Shown here: positions 48,506 through 61,039 of the stretch, piece by piece
Numbering within the stretch: the stretch's first letter is position 1
Layout of the letters: each line of letters opens with the position of its first letter
NCBI RefSeq assembly: GCF_004010195.1
Contig: NC_057756.1
Coordinates: 8,786,921-8,850,920 of the forward strand
Direction of reading: 5' to 3'
Source of the DNA: Chiloscyllium plagiosum
Taxonomy: Eukaryota
Length of the DNA stretch: 64,000 nt
Program-made: the position numbers and the translations under genes
Notes under the pieces: generated by a model
What the model saw: the letters and a program-made list of their open reading frames with translations, nothing else
Databases searched by the model: none
What the model was told of the DNA's origin: nothing

Positions 48506-50469
48506 TTTTAAGTGGAACTATCTTAATGCCAATAGTTTGAATGGACCAGATTTTGTCAGGCGTGTCCGAGAAGGATGCTTGAGTTAATATGTGGAAAGGC
48601 CGACAAGAAGGGAGGCCATGTTGGATTTCGTACTTGTCAAGAGACCATGTTACTGTTCAGATTTCCCGGTGGGAATGCATTTGGCTGATAGTGAGCACAG
48701 CTCTTTGACCTTAACTGCAGGCACGAAGAGGGAGAGGATAAGACGGCAGTGGAGAGTGTTTAATTGGGCGAGGAGGAATTATAGTGCAGTCAGGCAGGAA
48801 CTGTCAAGCATAAATTGGGGGCAGATATCCTTAGGGTAATGTCTGATATCAATGTGGAGATCGTTCAGCGAGCACTTGAGCCTGGTCTGAGAGGAGTTAA
48901 ATGTTGGCCGAAATGAACACTTTGCTTCTTAGTTCATTCGTGAGAGGGGTCTTGGCGTTTGTGAGAACAGCGTGGAACAGGTTTATTTGATTGTTAAGAA
49001 GGAGGATGTGCTAGTTAGTTTGAAAACCATGCGGATAGATAAGCACTCAAGCCAGATGGAATACACACAAGGTTTTTGCAGGAAGCGAGGAAAGAAATTG
49101 GTGCGCCTTTGGCGATGATCTTGACGTCCTCTCTGTCAACTGGAGTAGGACCAGACATTTGTCAGGTGGCAAATGTTATTCCACATTCAGGAAAGAGAAA
49201 GGAATAATCCTGTGAATTACAGATGAGTCAGTTTTACATCAGTGATATGCAAATTAAGGGAGAGTTAACGAAGCTTGTCTGAATTCCTGAGGTTTTAGCA
49301 AATACCTGCTTGCTGGCCTTTTACCGTCTCAGCTGTCTCTGTCATTCCTTCCTTGATTAATGAATGCACGAATTCATTTCATTTGCTTCCATCATCAGAT
49401 ATTAGCTGTACATATTTAGGTTCTCTAAGTCAAGCCGCTGTCTTTGAGAGGTTATCTGTTTGCCCCATCTATCGTTCAGTTCGGCCTTGCTGACGGCATA
49501 GGGATTCCTCTCCACTATATATAGAAATTTGTTTAGAGGAATTTTGCAAAATTTCTTATGTTAGGTTTACATTAGTTTGGGCATTGTTTCTTCCTCAATA
49601 GCGAATTAACTATCACTTTTTATTATGGTCGAATAATGATTTTAATTTAATTCTTGTTTAAGGTCGGGCAGGAGTCTTCTGTGGGTAATCCCCACTTGAA
49701 AGTCTATACCGTTTTGGATGTTGTTGGGGAGATAACTTCTAAGGAATGTGAAACAGTAACAGCCAGGCTGGTGGCACAAAAACTGACTCTTCTGTACATC
49801 AGGATTGGGAAAATTACAAGCGACTGAAAGTGAGAGATCACGAGCTAGTGAGCGGCACAGACTGACCTTTCTCTGGAAACGATCGAGATGGCAGTAAAGT
49901 TCGTTTCCTCTCAAGGGCCACAGTGATGGCACTCTCTGAGCTGCTGCATGAAATTCTTAAAGACCAGCTTGAGCAGCGAGAGGTCGCTGTGCAGACTGGT
50001 ATCAGTACATAGGGAGAAAGAGGAATTTGGTTCTGCGGAGTCAGTACTGAGTGTTTAGGAAGAGACTGTAAAACATGACTTCTTCGTAGTAATCTCTGAG
50101 TTACTGCCAGGACCATATGCTCATGAGCCAAGGAAGCAGAAGGTAGCACCGATGAATGCATGGTTAAGAAAGTTGTATAGCGTGCAGTATTTCAGGTTAT
50201 GAAACTTCAGATTACTAAACTAGACGTGAAACTCTATGTCGAAAGTCAACCTGGAGGCATAAACATATTGGATCTTGTGTTGGCTGATGAGCCTGGCCAT
50301 GTGACTAACGTTTTGAGGAAGAGCACTTTGGAGGAAGTGATTACCTCACTTAATGTTTTAAGTCGGGTACGAATAAGAATACATCAGGGCCTTTCAGAAA
50401 GTTACGGACTTGGGAGCACAAATTAAGCCAGTATGAGGCAGGAGAGAGTGGTTGTTAAATCAGAGGAAC

Positions 50470-51680
50470 CGTTGCTGTGGTTCCGTTCGCCGAGCTGGAA
50501 GTTTTTGTTGCAAACGTTTCGTCCTCTGTCTCGGTGTCATCCTCCGTGCTTGGGAGCCTCCTGTGAAGCGCTTCTGTGGTGATTCCTCCGGCATTTATAG
50601 TGGCCTGTCCCTGCCGCTTCCGGTTGTCAGTTTCAGCTGTCCGCTGTAGCAGCCGGTATATTGGGTCCAGGTCTATGTGTTTGTTGATGGAGTTTGTGGA
50701 TGAGTGCCATGCTTCTAGGAATTCCCTGGCTGTTCTTTGTTTGGCTTGCCCTATAATGGTAGTGTTGTCCCAGTCAAATTCATGTTGCTTGTCGTCTGGG
50801 TGTGTGGCTACTAGGGATAGCTGGTCGTGTCGTTTCGTGGCTCGTTGATGTTCGTGGATGCGGATCGTTAGCTGTCTTCCTGTCTGCCCTATATAGTGTT
50901 TTGTGCAGTCCTTGCATGGGATTTTGTACACTACAATAGTTTTGCTCATGCTGGGTATCGGGTCCTTCGTTTTGGTGAGTTATTGTCTGAGAGAATACAG
51001 AACGAGGACATGCCGCAACCCAAAGGACGAGCCACACTACCATACATCAAGAATATATCTGAAATGACAGCCAGACTACTGTGACCACTAGGACTTATAA
51101 CAGCACACAAACCAACAGCCACTCTCAGACAACAACTCACCAAAACGAAGGACCCGATACCCAGCATGAGCAAAACTAATGTAGTGTACAAAATCCCATG
51201 CAAGGACTGCACAAAACACTATATAGGGCAGACAGGAAGACAGCTAACGATCCGCATCCACGACCATCAACTAGCCACGATACGACACGACCAGCTATCC
51301 CTAGTAGACACACACACAGACGACAAGCAACATGAATTTGACTGGGACAACACTACCATTATAGGGCAAGCCAAACAAAGAACAGCCAGGGAATTCCTAG
51401 AAGCATGGCACTCTTCCACAAACTCCATCAACACACACATAGACCTGGACCCAATATACCGGCCACTACAGCGGACAGCTGAAACTGACAACCGGAAGCG
51501 GCAGGGACAGGCCACTATAAATGCCGGAGGAAACACCACAGAAGCGCTTCACAGGAGGCTCCCAAGCACTGAGGATGTCACCTAGACAGAGGACGAAACG
51601 TTTGCAACAAAAACATCCAGCTCGGCGAACAGAACCACAGCAACGAACACCCGAGCTACAAATCTTCTCACAAACTTTGA
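50470..51680 (+). mobile_element. Penelope-like element: GIY-YIG 3' portion with a ~520-bp inverted 5' copy
   Basis: ORFs 51166-51585(+) and 50455-50949(-) both encode VVYKIPCKDCTKHYIGQTGR. AGAGGAACCGTT is duplicated at 50462-50473 and 51681-51692. Confidence 0.93.
51565..51605 (+). ncRNA. Minimal type I hammerhead ribozyme in the Penelope pLTR
   Basis: GCA-CTGAGGA-[TGTCACCT..AGAGGAC]-GAAA-CGTT-TGC, with intact CUGANGA and GAAA boxes and a palindromic AAACGTTT stem III. Confidence 0.6.
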
Positions 51681-54559
51681 AGAGGAACCGTTATTGAGCA
51701 AAAGCAAATTTGACATGTGGGAGTTGTTTAAAGACCTGTTGATTATAGTTCAGGAGCGGCATGTTGCATTGAGAAAAAAAACAAACGGATTCCTATGCAA
51801 GGGTCCCTTGCATGTCTAAGTCAATCATTAATTTAATTGTAAAGGGAAAAAATACATAAATATAAGGGAAGGAAAATGGGTCTGGACCCGTGCAGAATTT
51901 ATGAAAAAATAAATTGAGAGACTAAGGAGGCGTCATGACAGCTACATGTCAAGTCTAGATAAATATAACCTCAAGCCACAAAAAGCAGCACAGTAAGTTG
52001 GGAGAGAGGGGTTCAATTAAGAACAAATGATTAAACTTGTACTCAATACAGAAGATATGGACGATATATAAAAGAGTTCTTTTTCGCTGTATTCAACAAG
52101 GCGAAGGACATGGAAGATAGTGAGATTAGTGTGAGGCATGTTAATATGTCAGGGTAGTTAGAGATCAAGAAACAAAAAAGTGGCGTTCGGTCTCTTGAAG
52201 AATGTAAAGTTGGGTAAGTGACTAGGGACGGAGACGATCTTTCCCACGTTTTGAGATAGTCAAGAGATGAGTTTGCTGGAGTCTTGATCAAGATCTATGT
52301 ATCATGACTAGTCACTGGAGAGGGACCAAAGGCCTGGTGAATAGCTAATGTTTTTTTTTCCCTTTGTCCAAGAACAGGAACAGGGATAATCCAGGAACTT
52401 AAAATTGAGTCTTCCGTCGCTGGTGGGGACGCTATTGCAGAGGATTCGTAGGGATTGCATTTATGCGCATTTGGAAAGGTGTGGTCTATTTAGAGACAAT
52501 CAGTATTTCTTTGTGTCTGCAGGCAACGTCTTCCTAACTTCATTGATTGTTTTGAGGATGTGACAAGGTGGTCGATGACCGTAGAACAGCGGATATTGTT
52601 CTCATGGAAAGTAATAAGGCATTTGAGGAGGTGTCTCCCTGTAGGTGCATTAGAAATATTGAGATGCTTGTGATTCGTGGTGACTTCATCATTTCGATTT
52701 ACAATTGACTTATCTATAAAAGACAAATGGTAGTTGCTGGAGAGTACTTTTCCGACTGGAGGTATATGACTACTTTGTTTCGCAGGGACACGTACTCGAA
52801 CCTCTACTGTTTGTGACTTATACAAATTACTTGGGTGAAAATGTTGGTAGGTTGGTTAGTACGTTTGCAGATGACACAAAGATCGAGGAATTATGGATAG
52901 TGTAGAAGCTTTCCAAATGTAAATGCAGAATAATTAGTTTTCGATGTGGGTGGAGAAACATCACATGAAGTTTAATTCGGGAAAGTGAGAGATGCTGCTC
53001 TTGGTAGATGAAATATTAAGAGAAAGTATACAGATGATGGCAGGCCCCTGAATAGAATTGATGCACAGAGAGATATTGGGATCCTGATGCTTTGCTCCCT
53101 GAAAGTGGTCAAGTGCCGACCTGATTTTTCAAGCTGCAGCATCACTTCCTGACTCTTGCACTCAATGCATCGAACAATACAGGCAAGCATATTATGCCCA
53201 TTCCTTCCCATTCTATCTATTTGTGTCTAGGAAGGATGTGGAGGCTTTGGACAGGGTGCAGAATAGGTTTACCAGAATGCTGCCTGAATTTGAGGGAATG
53301 AGCTATACAGATAGGTTGGGAAGCCTGCTGTTGTTTCCTTGAGGAGTGGCAAAGGCTCCGGGGAGACTTGACTGAAGTTTATAAAATTATGAGAGACACA
53401 GATATCGTGGACAGTCAGAATTTTTGTTCTCCCCCAGAGTTCAAATATCTAATAATAGATGGCACTCGTTAAGATAAACGGGGAAAATTTCAAAGGAGAT
53501 ATTATGGGCATTATTTTTACATATAGAGTGGTAGGTACCGCCGACTTTAGTGCTGGAGGCAGATACATAGGACCATTATAAGGCACTTTTAGAGAAGTGG
53601 GTGAATAAGTAAGGAATGGAGGGATACGTGCCACGGGCAATCCAAAATAAATCATTTTACTTTGCTTTCGCCTCAAAATTATGCACGGAAAGGGCCTTCT
53701 CCTGCGCTGTTCCATTCTCTGGTCTGTGTCCTCAAGGATCTTTCTTTCTTGCAAACCGTCGGAAGACCTGCTGATAGCTAATATAGGTTTCCACTGTCAG
53801 CTCTCATAAAAATCCTTACCCAGTGTCTCAGTAACTTTGCAGGTGGTGCAGCAATCGGCCTGTACCTCTTGCAAGGAACTGAGACTAACTTGTAGAAGTG
53901 AGATTGGAGAGCAGCAAGCTCTAACAAGCAGAAGGATCATCTCTGCACTTCTTGTAGACTGGATCCATTAATCTGCCAATATAAATGAACTCACATGGTT
54001 GGGGAGCCGATACAAGACAGGAAACAAAGTGGAGGAATAAAAGGATATTTTACGGATTGGCAGCTGGCTTCTGCAGGGGTATAGCAGTGATTGGTTATTC
54101 GATCCATTTTTTCATGATATATGGTCATGATTTAGATGTGGGAGCTAAATGTAATCTTTCTTTGTGAGCGGAGAACACGGAGCAGGGAAAGAGCATGATG
54201 GTTGAGCTGAGTGAAGAGATGTTTCAGTGTGACTTGCACAAATAGTGAGCAAATGCATGACTGATGCAGTTTAATGCAGATAGCTGTGAAGCTATACTCT
54301 TTTAATAAAAAAAAATGTAATGCAGAGTACTTCTTGGATGACAACAAATTGTAAAAGTTTGCGTTGTTTGTTTGCTACACGAGTCGTGGAAGGTATGTGT
54401 TTTAGGGGTGAAAAACAGCAAGTGGCATGCTGCTCCTCGTAGCAAAAGATCTGCCTACATGACGGTGGATATGTTGTTACAGCTATGCAGGTTTTCTGGA
54501 GAACCACTCCTGAAAGCAGCTTGACAGGTGCAAGTCCTCGAATTGTATCATTTGCCTTC

Positions 54560-56730
54560 AAAATGTCATGCTGTTGGAAGGCAAATTAGCTTTTTTTAAA
54601 AGACAACAGATTCTTAAGTTTAGCTAATTAATTTAAGCAGGCATTTGGACACTAAGGGCCAGTTGAGTTAAAATCTGATTGTTTAGACAACCGAGAACCA
54701 ATACGGTGGTAAATAAATTAATATGTCATCAAGGATATAGTAGAAGAGGGCATTCGAAAATGTGGCGGAGAACAAACTGCCATTTAAAGTAATCAGGTCT
54801 CTCAGCTCTGAGTAACAATCATGCAATTAAAGGTCCAGCAGCACGCTTGAAAAAAGTTCCTGACACAGGAATTCGACGGAGAGGCGAGTTCCTCACGCAG
54901 GTAGAGACATTTTTGAAAGAAGATCAGTATAGGATGCATAGCTTTCCGAAACAGGTCCCTTCTGTAATTTCGAGAGATTCAATTCTGTTGTTGTGTTAAG
55001 AAAGTGGAGGCTTGCATATATTGGAGCAGCAAACCATTAGAGTTCTGTTTTATTCAGTAATACTTAGTAGTTAGATGGGAATTGTTCCGTTTGTGTGCGG
55101 TTCTGATTATTTGTTTAGTGTTGGTGTGCGATATATGAATTATTATTTGTGGTTTAACAGTCAGTGAAAGCACTTCTTATCGTTTAAACTCTCTTTTATA
55201 ACAGGTTGGGAGTGTGGGATGGAGGTTTTGACACTGTCCACACGACTTATAGTAGTTTATGAGGCGACATTAACCCCTCTCAGTATTTTAGTTTCTGTTT
55301 CCACAGGGGGGTGACTTCCACTTTGTAACACTGCTTAACAGAGGGAGGGTGTTTCGGCCATGAAAAAAAGTGCAGCAAACGTTTACCTATATTCACCGTG
55401 GTTCACAAGGATTGGGGCAGAGTCTCCGAGAAACGTAATAATTGTAACATGACGAATTGTGGTCAATACACCAATGCCATTCCCAACGGCATTGGAATGA
55501 AGAACCTGAAAGTTAAAGTCTAAACACAGTTGTGTCAGCGAGGAATTGACTTGGCTTTCGTGACAGAAAGGATCACCCCCGACTGTTTGTTGGTTTGAGG
55601 CCAGGCGATTACGTCAGCTCAGGGCTGTGGGAGATCTTAACCCTGAGGTTTTGTCGTGGGGTGGAGCATTCAGTCCAAAAGATGAGGGATGTACGACAGG
55701 TCACGAGATTTTTAAGTTTGTTTCGAGGAAGGGGGTGTTGCCTTGTTTTCGTGTCTAAGTGACACAGGGGACGGAGACCTCAGGTGAAAGTATAACAGGT
55801 CAATTCGTAAGGATGTCCAATCGAACCGATTTGGGATTCTATTTTTGTAAAATTGGAAAATCGCAAAGTGGGGAAAGCATTGTGTAATGCCTTTAAAAGA
55901 TTTTTTTTCTAGGCTTAGAGTTTTATAATAAAGGATGGATTTGGTTTGCAGATGCACAAAACCCCTGAATTGAATCATTTATATCAAACGTGCTGTGTAG
56001 TCAGCATCTCAGGCAAGCATTTGTTTTGCCCTAAAGACATGTTCGAATTTAGCCCATCAGTTTAAATGAAGCCTTCAGATATAAGGCGCATAATACATTT
56101 CAATCTGATGCTTTTGGCGATCCAATTGTTAAATTTTGATAGGAAGTCAAAGGTGTAAAAGCTGTGGTCATTGGGAAAGTCGAAAAGTGCTCACTGTCAT
56201 TTGGCTGTGAAATTGGTTGTTACATTCTGATAGTTATTTGAGAAAGCACAATTAAATTATGTTAACAACATCGGTGCCAACGTTAGCAGAGACACTTCAA
56301 CAGAGGAAAATTCGGGAATGTATTTCAGAACCAAGGAGACGACAGAATAAGCCACAGAACATTCCAGAATATGTGACCACGGCTGTTACTTTGAGACACT
56401 GATTTTTAATGTTTTGTTACGTAAATGGGACTTGCACTTACTGAGATAACATAACACTTAATACTTGCATTATTCCTGTATAATTAGGAGACAGACGGGA
56501 ACTGCTTGCACTGTTAACAGTTTAGTTAATTTGTTCACTATCAGAGTTTGGTAAATACATATTTACATTTGGATCGCAAAGTGAGCGTTAGGGATTTCTT
56601 TACATAACCACGAGAAGCTGCTGAAAAAAAATAACGCACTTTCTCACCCACCTTTTCAATAGATTAAAAGACGACACGCTCCTCTGTTTTATTTTTGTTG
56701 GGAGCCAATAGCCTCTACTTCATAATAATG
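54560..56730 (+). mobile_element. Probable decayed LTR-like repeats (two segments, ~54560-55330 and ~55880-56730)
   Basis: TGT starts and ...TAACA or ...CATAATA ends, noncoding, with a layout like the other LTRs. No TSD could be confirmed. Confidence 0.35.
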
Positions 56731-56739
56731 TTAAGGCGA

Positions 56740-59700
56740 CAATGGATTGAAGTGTTGAAAAATTTGGTGCTGGAAAAGCTCATGAGGTCAGGCAGCATTC
56801 GAGGAGCAGGAGAATGGACATTTCGGGCATAAGTCCTTATTCAGTAATGAGGCTGGTATGCCAAGCGGACTGAGATAAAAGGTAGGGGGGTAATTTGGGG
56901 GAGAGGCGCAGGGAATATGATAGGTGACGGTGAGTGTGATAGGCCGGAGAGGGGGTGGGGGGAGAGGTCGGGGAGAAAATTGCACGTCAAAATGGCGGTG
57001 CTGAATCTGGGGGTTGGGACTGAGATGGGAGGGGAAATGAGGAAGCTGGAAAATCTACATTCATCCTGAGTAGTTAGAGGGTTCCTAGGTGGAAGATGCG
57101 GCGCTCTTCGTCTAGGTATCATGTGGCCAGGGTCTGGCGATAGAATAGGCCAAGGACCTGCATGTCCTTGGCGTAATGGGAAGGGAGTTAAATTGTTCAG
57201 CCACGGGGCGGTTGGGTTGGTTGTTGCAGGTGTCCTAGAGGTGTTCCCTGAAATGTTCCGCAAGTAGGCGGCCTGTCTCTGCAATGTAGAGGAGACCACA
57301 TCAGGTGCAGCGGATACAGTAAATGATGTGTGTGGAGGTGCAGGTGAATTTGCGANNNNNNNNNNNNNNNNNNNNNNNNNNNNNNNNNNNNNNNNNNNNN
57401 NNNNNNNNNNNNNNNNNNNNNNNNNNNNNNNNNNNNNNNNNNNNNNNNNNNNNNNNNNNNNNNNNNNNNNNNNNNNNNNNNNNNNNNNNNNNNNNNNNNN
57501 NNNNNNNNNNNNNNNNNNNNNNNNNNNNNNNNNNNNNNNNNNNNNNNNNNNNNNCCCCCATGCCTAACTCTGGACCGACTCCCAGCTCCAGCCCCACACC
57601 AGGTCCTAGCTCCCAGCCCTGCCGTATATTCACCATCCCTCCAGACCTCCCCCTCTCTGAGGATGAAAGATCAGTCCTCAGCAGAGGCCTCAATTGCATC
57701 CCCCAACGCTCTCAAATCAATTAGTTCGACACACGGCTAGACATCGAGAATTTCTTGAGCCGCCTTCGCCTCCGCACCTACTCCTTCAACCAGGACACTC
57801 GCCCACCCTCTGACGACCCGTTCTCCTGCCTCCAACACACCTCATCCACCTGGACACCCCGTGCTGGCCTCTTACCCCCTCGATCTCTTCATATCCAACT
57901 GCCACCGCGACATTGACTGCCTCAACCTGTCCATCCCACTCACCTACTCCAATCTCTCACCCTCACAACGCGCAGCCCTCCACTCCCACCGCTCCAACCC
58001 CAACCTCACCGTCAAATCGGCAGACAAGGGAGGCTCAGTGGTAGTTCGACGCACTGATCTTTACAACGCTGAAGCTAGAAGCCAACTCGCGGACACCTCT
58101 TCCTACTGCCCCCTTGACCATGATCCTACCTCCCACCAACAAACCATCATCTCCAAGACCATCAATAACCTCATCACCTCAGGGGATCTCACATCCACTG
58201 CCTCCAAACTCATAGTCGCATAACCCCGCACCGCCCATTTCTACCTCCTGTCCAAAATCCACAAACCCGACTGACACATCTGACCCATTGTCTCAGCCTG
58301 TTCCTGCCCCACCGAACTCATCTCTGCCTATCTCGACACTGTCCTGTCCTCCTTAGTCCAAGAACACCCCACCTACGTTCGGGACACCACCCACGCCCTC
58401 CACATCCTCCATGGTTTTTGCTTCCCCGGTCCCCAACGCCTAATCTTCACCATGGACATCCAGTCCCTATACACCTCCATCCCCCATCACGAAGGCCTCC
58501 AAGCCCTCCGCTTCTTCCTCTCCCACCGACCCAACCAGTACCCTTCCACTGAAACCCTCCTTCGACTGAATGAACTGGTCCTCACTCTTAAAAACTTCTC
58601 CTTCCAATCCTCCCACATCCTCCAAACTAATGGAGTAGCTATGGGCACCCGCATGGGCCCCAGCTATACCTGTCTCTTCGTCGGATATATGGAACAGTCC
58701 ATCTTCCTCAGCTGCACTGGCACCACCCCCGCCTTTTCCTCGCTACATCGATGCTTGTATTGGCGCTACCTCATGCTCCCACGAGGAGGTTGATCAGTTC
58801 ATCCACTTTACTAACACCTTCCATCCCGACCTCAAATTTACGTGGACCGTATCAGACTCCTCCTTCCCCTTCCTGGACCTCTCAATTTCTATCCCGGGCG
58901 ACCGACTCAACACAGACATTGACTACAAACCGACCGACTCCCACAGCTTTCTAGATTACACCTCCTTCCACCCTATGCCCTGCAAAAACGCCATCCCATA
59001 TTTCTAATTCCTTCGCCCCCGCCGCATCTGCTCCTAGGAGGACCAATTACACGACCAAACAACTCCAATGGCCTCCTTCGTCAGTGACGGCAATTTCCGC
59101 TTTGACGTGGTCGACGATGCAGTCCACCGCATCTCCTCCACTTCCCGCATCTCCGCCCTTGAACCTCTCCCCTCCAATCGCCACCAGGACAGAACCCCAC
59201 TGGTACTCACCTTCCACCCTATCAACTTCCAGATACATCGTATCATCCTCCATCATTTCTGCCACCTCCAAACTGACCCCACCGCCAGGGCTATATTTCC
59301 CTCCCTTCCCCTATCAGCGTTCCAGAGAGGCCACCCCCTCCGCGACTCCCTCGTCAGGTCCACACACCTCCACCAACCCAACATCCACTCACGGCACCTT
59401 CCCCTGCAACAGCAAGAAGTGCAAAACTTGCGCCCACAACTCTCCCCTCACCTCTCTCCAAGGCCCCAATTGATCCTTCCACAACCGTCGCAAATTCACC
59501 TGCACCTCCACCTCCACACACATCATTTACTGTATCCGCTACACCCGTTTGGTCTCCTCTACTTTGAGGAGATGAACCGCCTACTTGCGGAACGTTTTGG
59601 GGAACACCACTGGGACACCCGCACCAACCAACCCAACCGCCCCATGGCTGAACACTTTAAGTCCACCTCCCACTCCGCTAAGGACATGCAGGTCCCTGGC

Positions 59701-59900
59701 CGACTCCATCGCCAGACCCTGGCCATATGACGCCTGGAGGAATAGCAGCCAATCTTCTGCCTAGGAACCCTCCAACCACACGGGATGAATGTAGATTTCT
59801 CCAGCTTCTTCATTTCTCCTCCCCCCACCTTATCTCAAGCTTTTCCAGCACCACACTTTTCAACTCTGGTCTCCAGCACCTGCAGTCCTCACTTTCTCCT
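56740..59900 (+). mobile_element. Penelope-like element with decayed RT + GIY-YIG ORF and an inverted 3'-derived segment upstream
   Basis: Motifs KSADKGGSVVV, MDIQSLYTSIPH, GVAMGTRMGPSY, RYID, GTFPCNSKKCKTC and FTCTST..HIIYCIR. Region 56760-57355 is a reverse-oriented copy of the 3' end. Confidence 0.9.
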
Positions 59901-61039
59901 TTGGATTATAGTGACATTGGAGGCAAGTCCTGAATATTGAACAGGTCTGCAGTAAGGACTGAGGGTGTCAAATGTCAGCTGTTTGAATTGGAGATCCAGT
60001 ACCAAAAATAAAGTAGCATTTGAATGCTCCATACCTTTCAGTGCAATAATTCCGATGAATGTTGTTGGTACTATGATACAAACTAGGCATGCTGTGTATT
60101 GTACCTCTGGGTTTGGGTTTAAAACTATAAGCTTAGTGACCTACAACAATTCGTTGGCATTTGAAATTTCAGTGTTAAGAAAGTTTATCTGGATCAGTGA
60201 ATTAAATACTTCATTTCAAAGAGATGATGTAACTGCGAGTAGAGAGATTGGGAGAATGTTCCATGAGATCCCTTGACCCATTCAATGGAATTGTAGTTCA
60301 TGTTTGAAATCCGCTTTCTCTACCTCTAAACGTTTTGTTGCTTTAGACCGAATATCTCTGTTTCATCCTTCGAGAACAGTCAATGTTTTAGCCTGGACTA
60401 TCGCAAATCCTTTGCACTGGAATTATTCTGGCTGTCAGAACCCTGGATGAGAGTGTGACGGGTTTTGTAAATTGAACATGGAAAACATCCATCGCTAACC
60501 AAAAGTGAAGAACCTTGCAAGAATTGATCAACCAATGACTTCAAACATTTGACATGAGAAGGATACGCATTTGGGCTTGACTAGATGCAACAATAAGTTC
60601 TGAGAAACAGGTTGAAAGTTCATTCACAATTTTGATTTCATAACTTGCTAACTGATTTTCTGTGCAAAAACTTAAAAACGTTTTTCCTTCATCTAATAAA
60701 CATTTTTTTGCAATCGGCATGTGCACCGTGAGTTACTTCTGAATTTGTTACAGTAGCTAACCACCATTTGCACCCCCAGGGAATATTAAATGCGTGATCT
60801 ATCAAGCCAACATTTCCAGTATTGCTCGGAGTTAGATGGAAGACAGAAGCCTCGGAACTGTACTGCGGCAATCACTAAACATTCCCCAGAAATGCAGGGT
60901 TTTTGGAATTTTCAAATGCACCTTGATATTCCTTGAGGGAACACTGTCCTGGAGTTTCAGCAGGATGCAAACACATGACTCCAATTCATACTAATACTCA
61001 TTGGCACATCACGTTTATAACAATGAACAACACCAATCA

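Larger units (their letters stand above)
47980..53720 (+). mobile_element. Highly diverged CR1 LINE fragments (endonuclease to 3' end) with nested SINE and Penelope
   Basis: Scattered motifs: DFHFPNI, ERPTRREAMLDFVL, LDLVLADEPG, FADDTK-like and VQNRFTRMLP. Confidence 0.7.
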
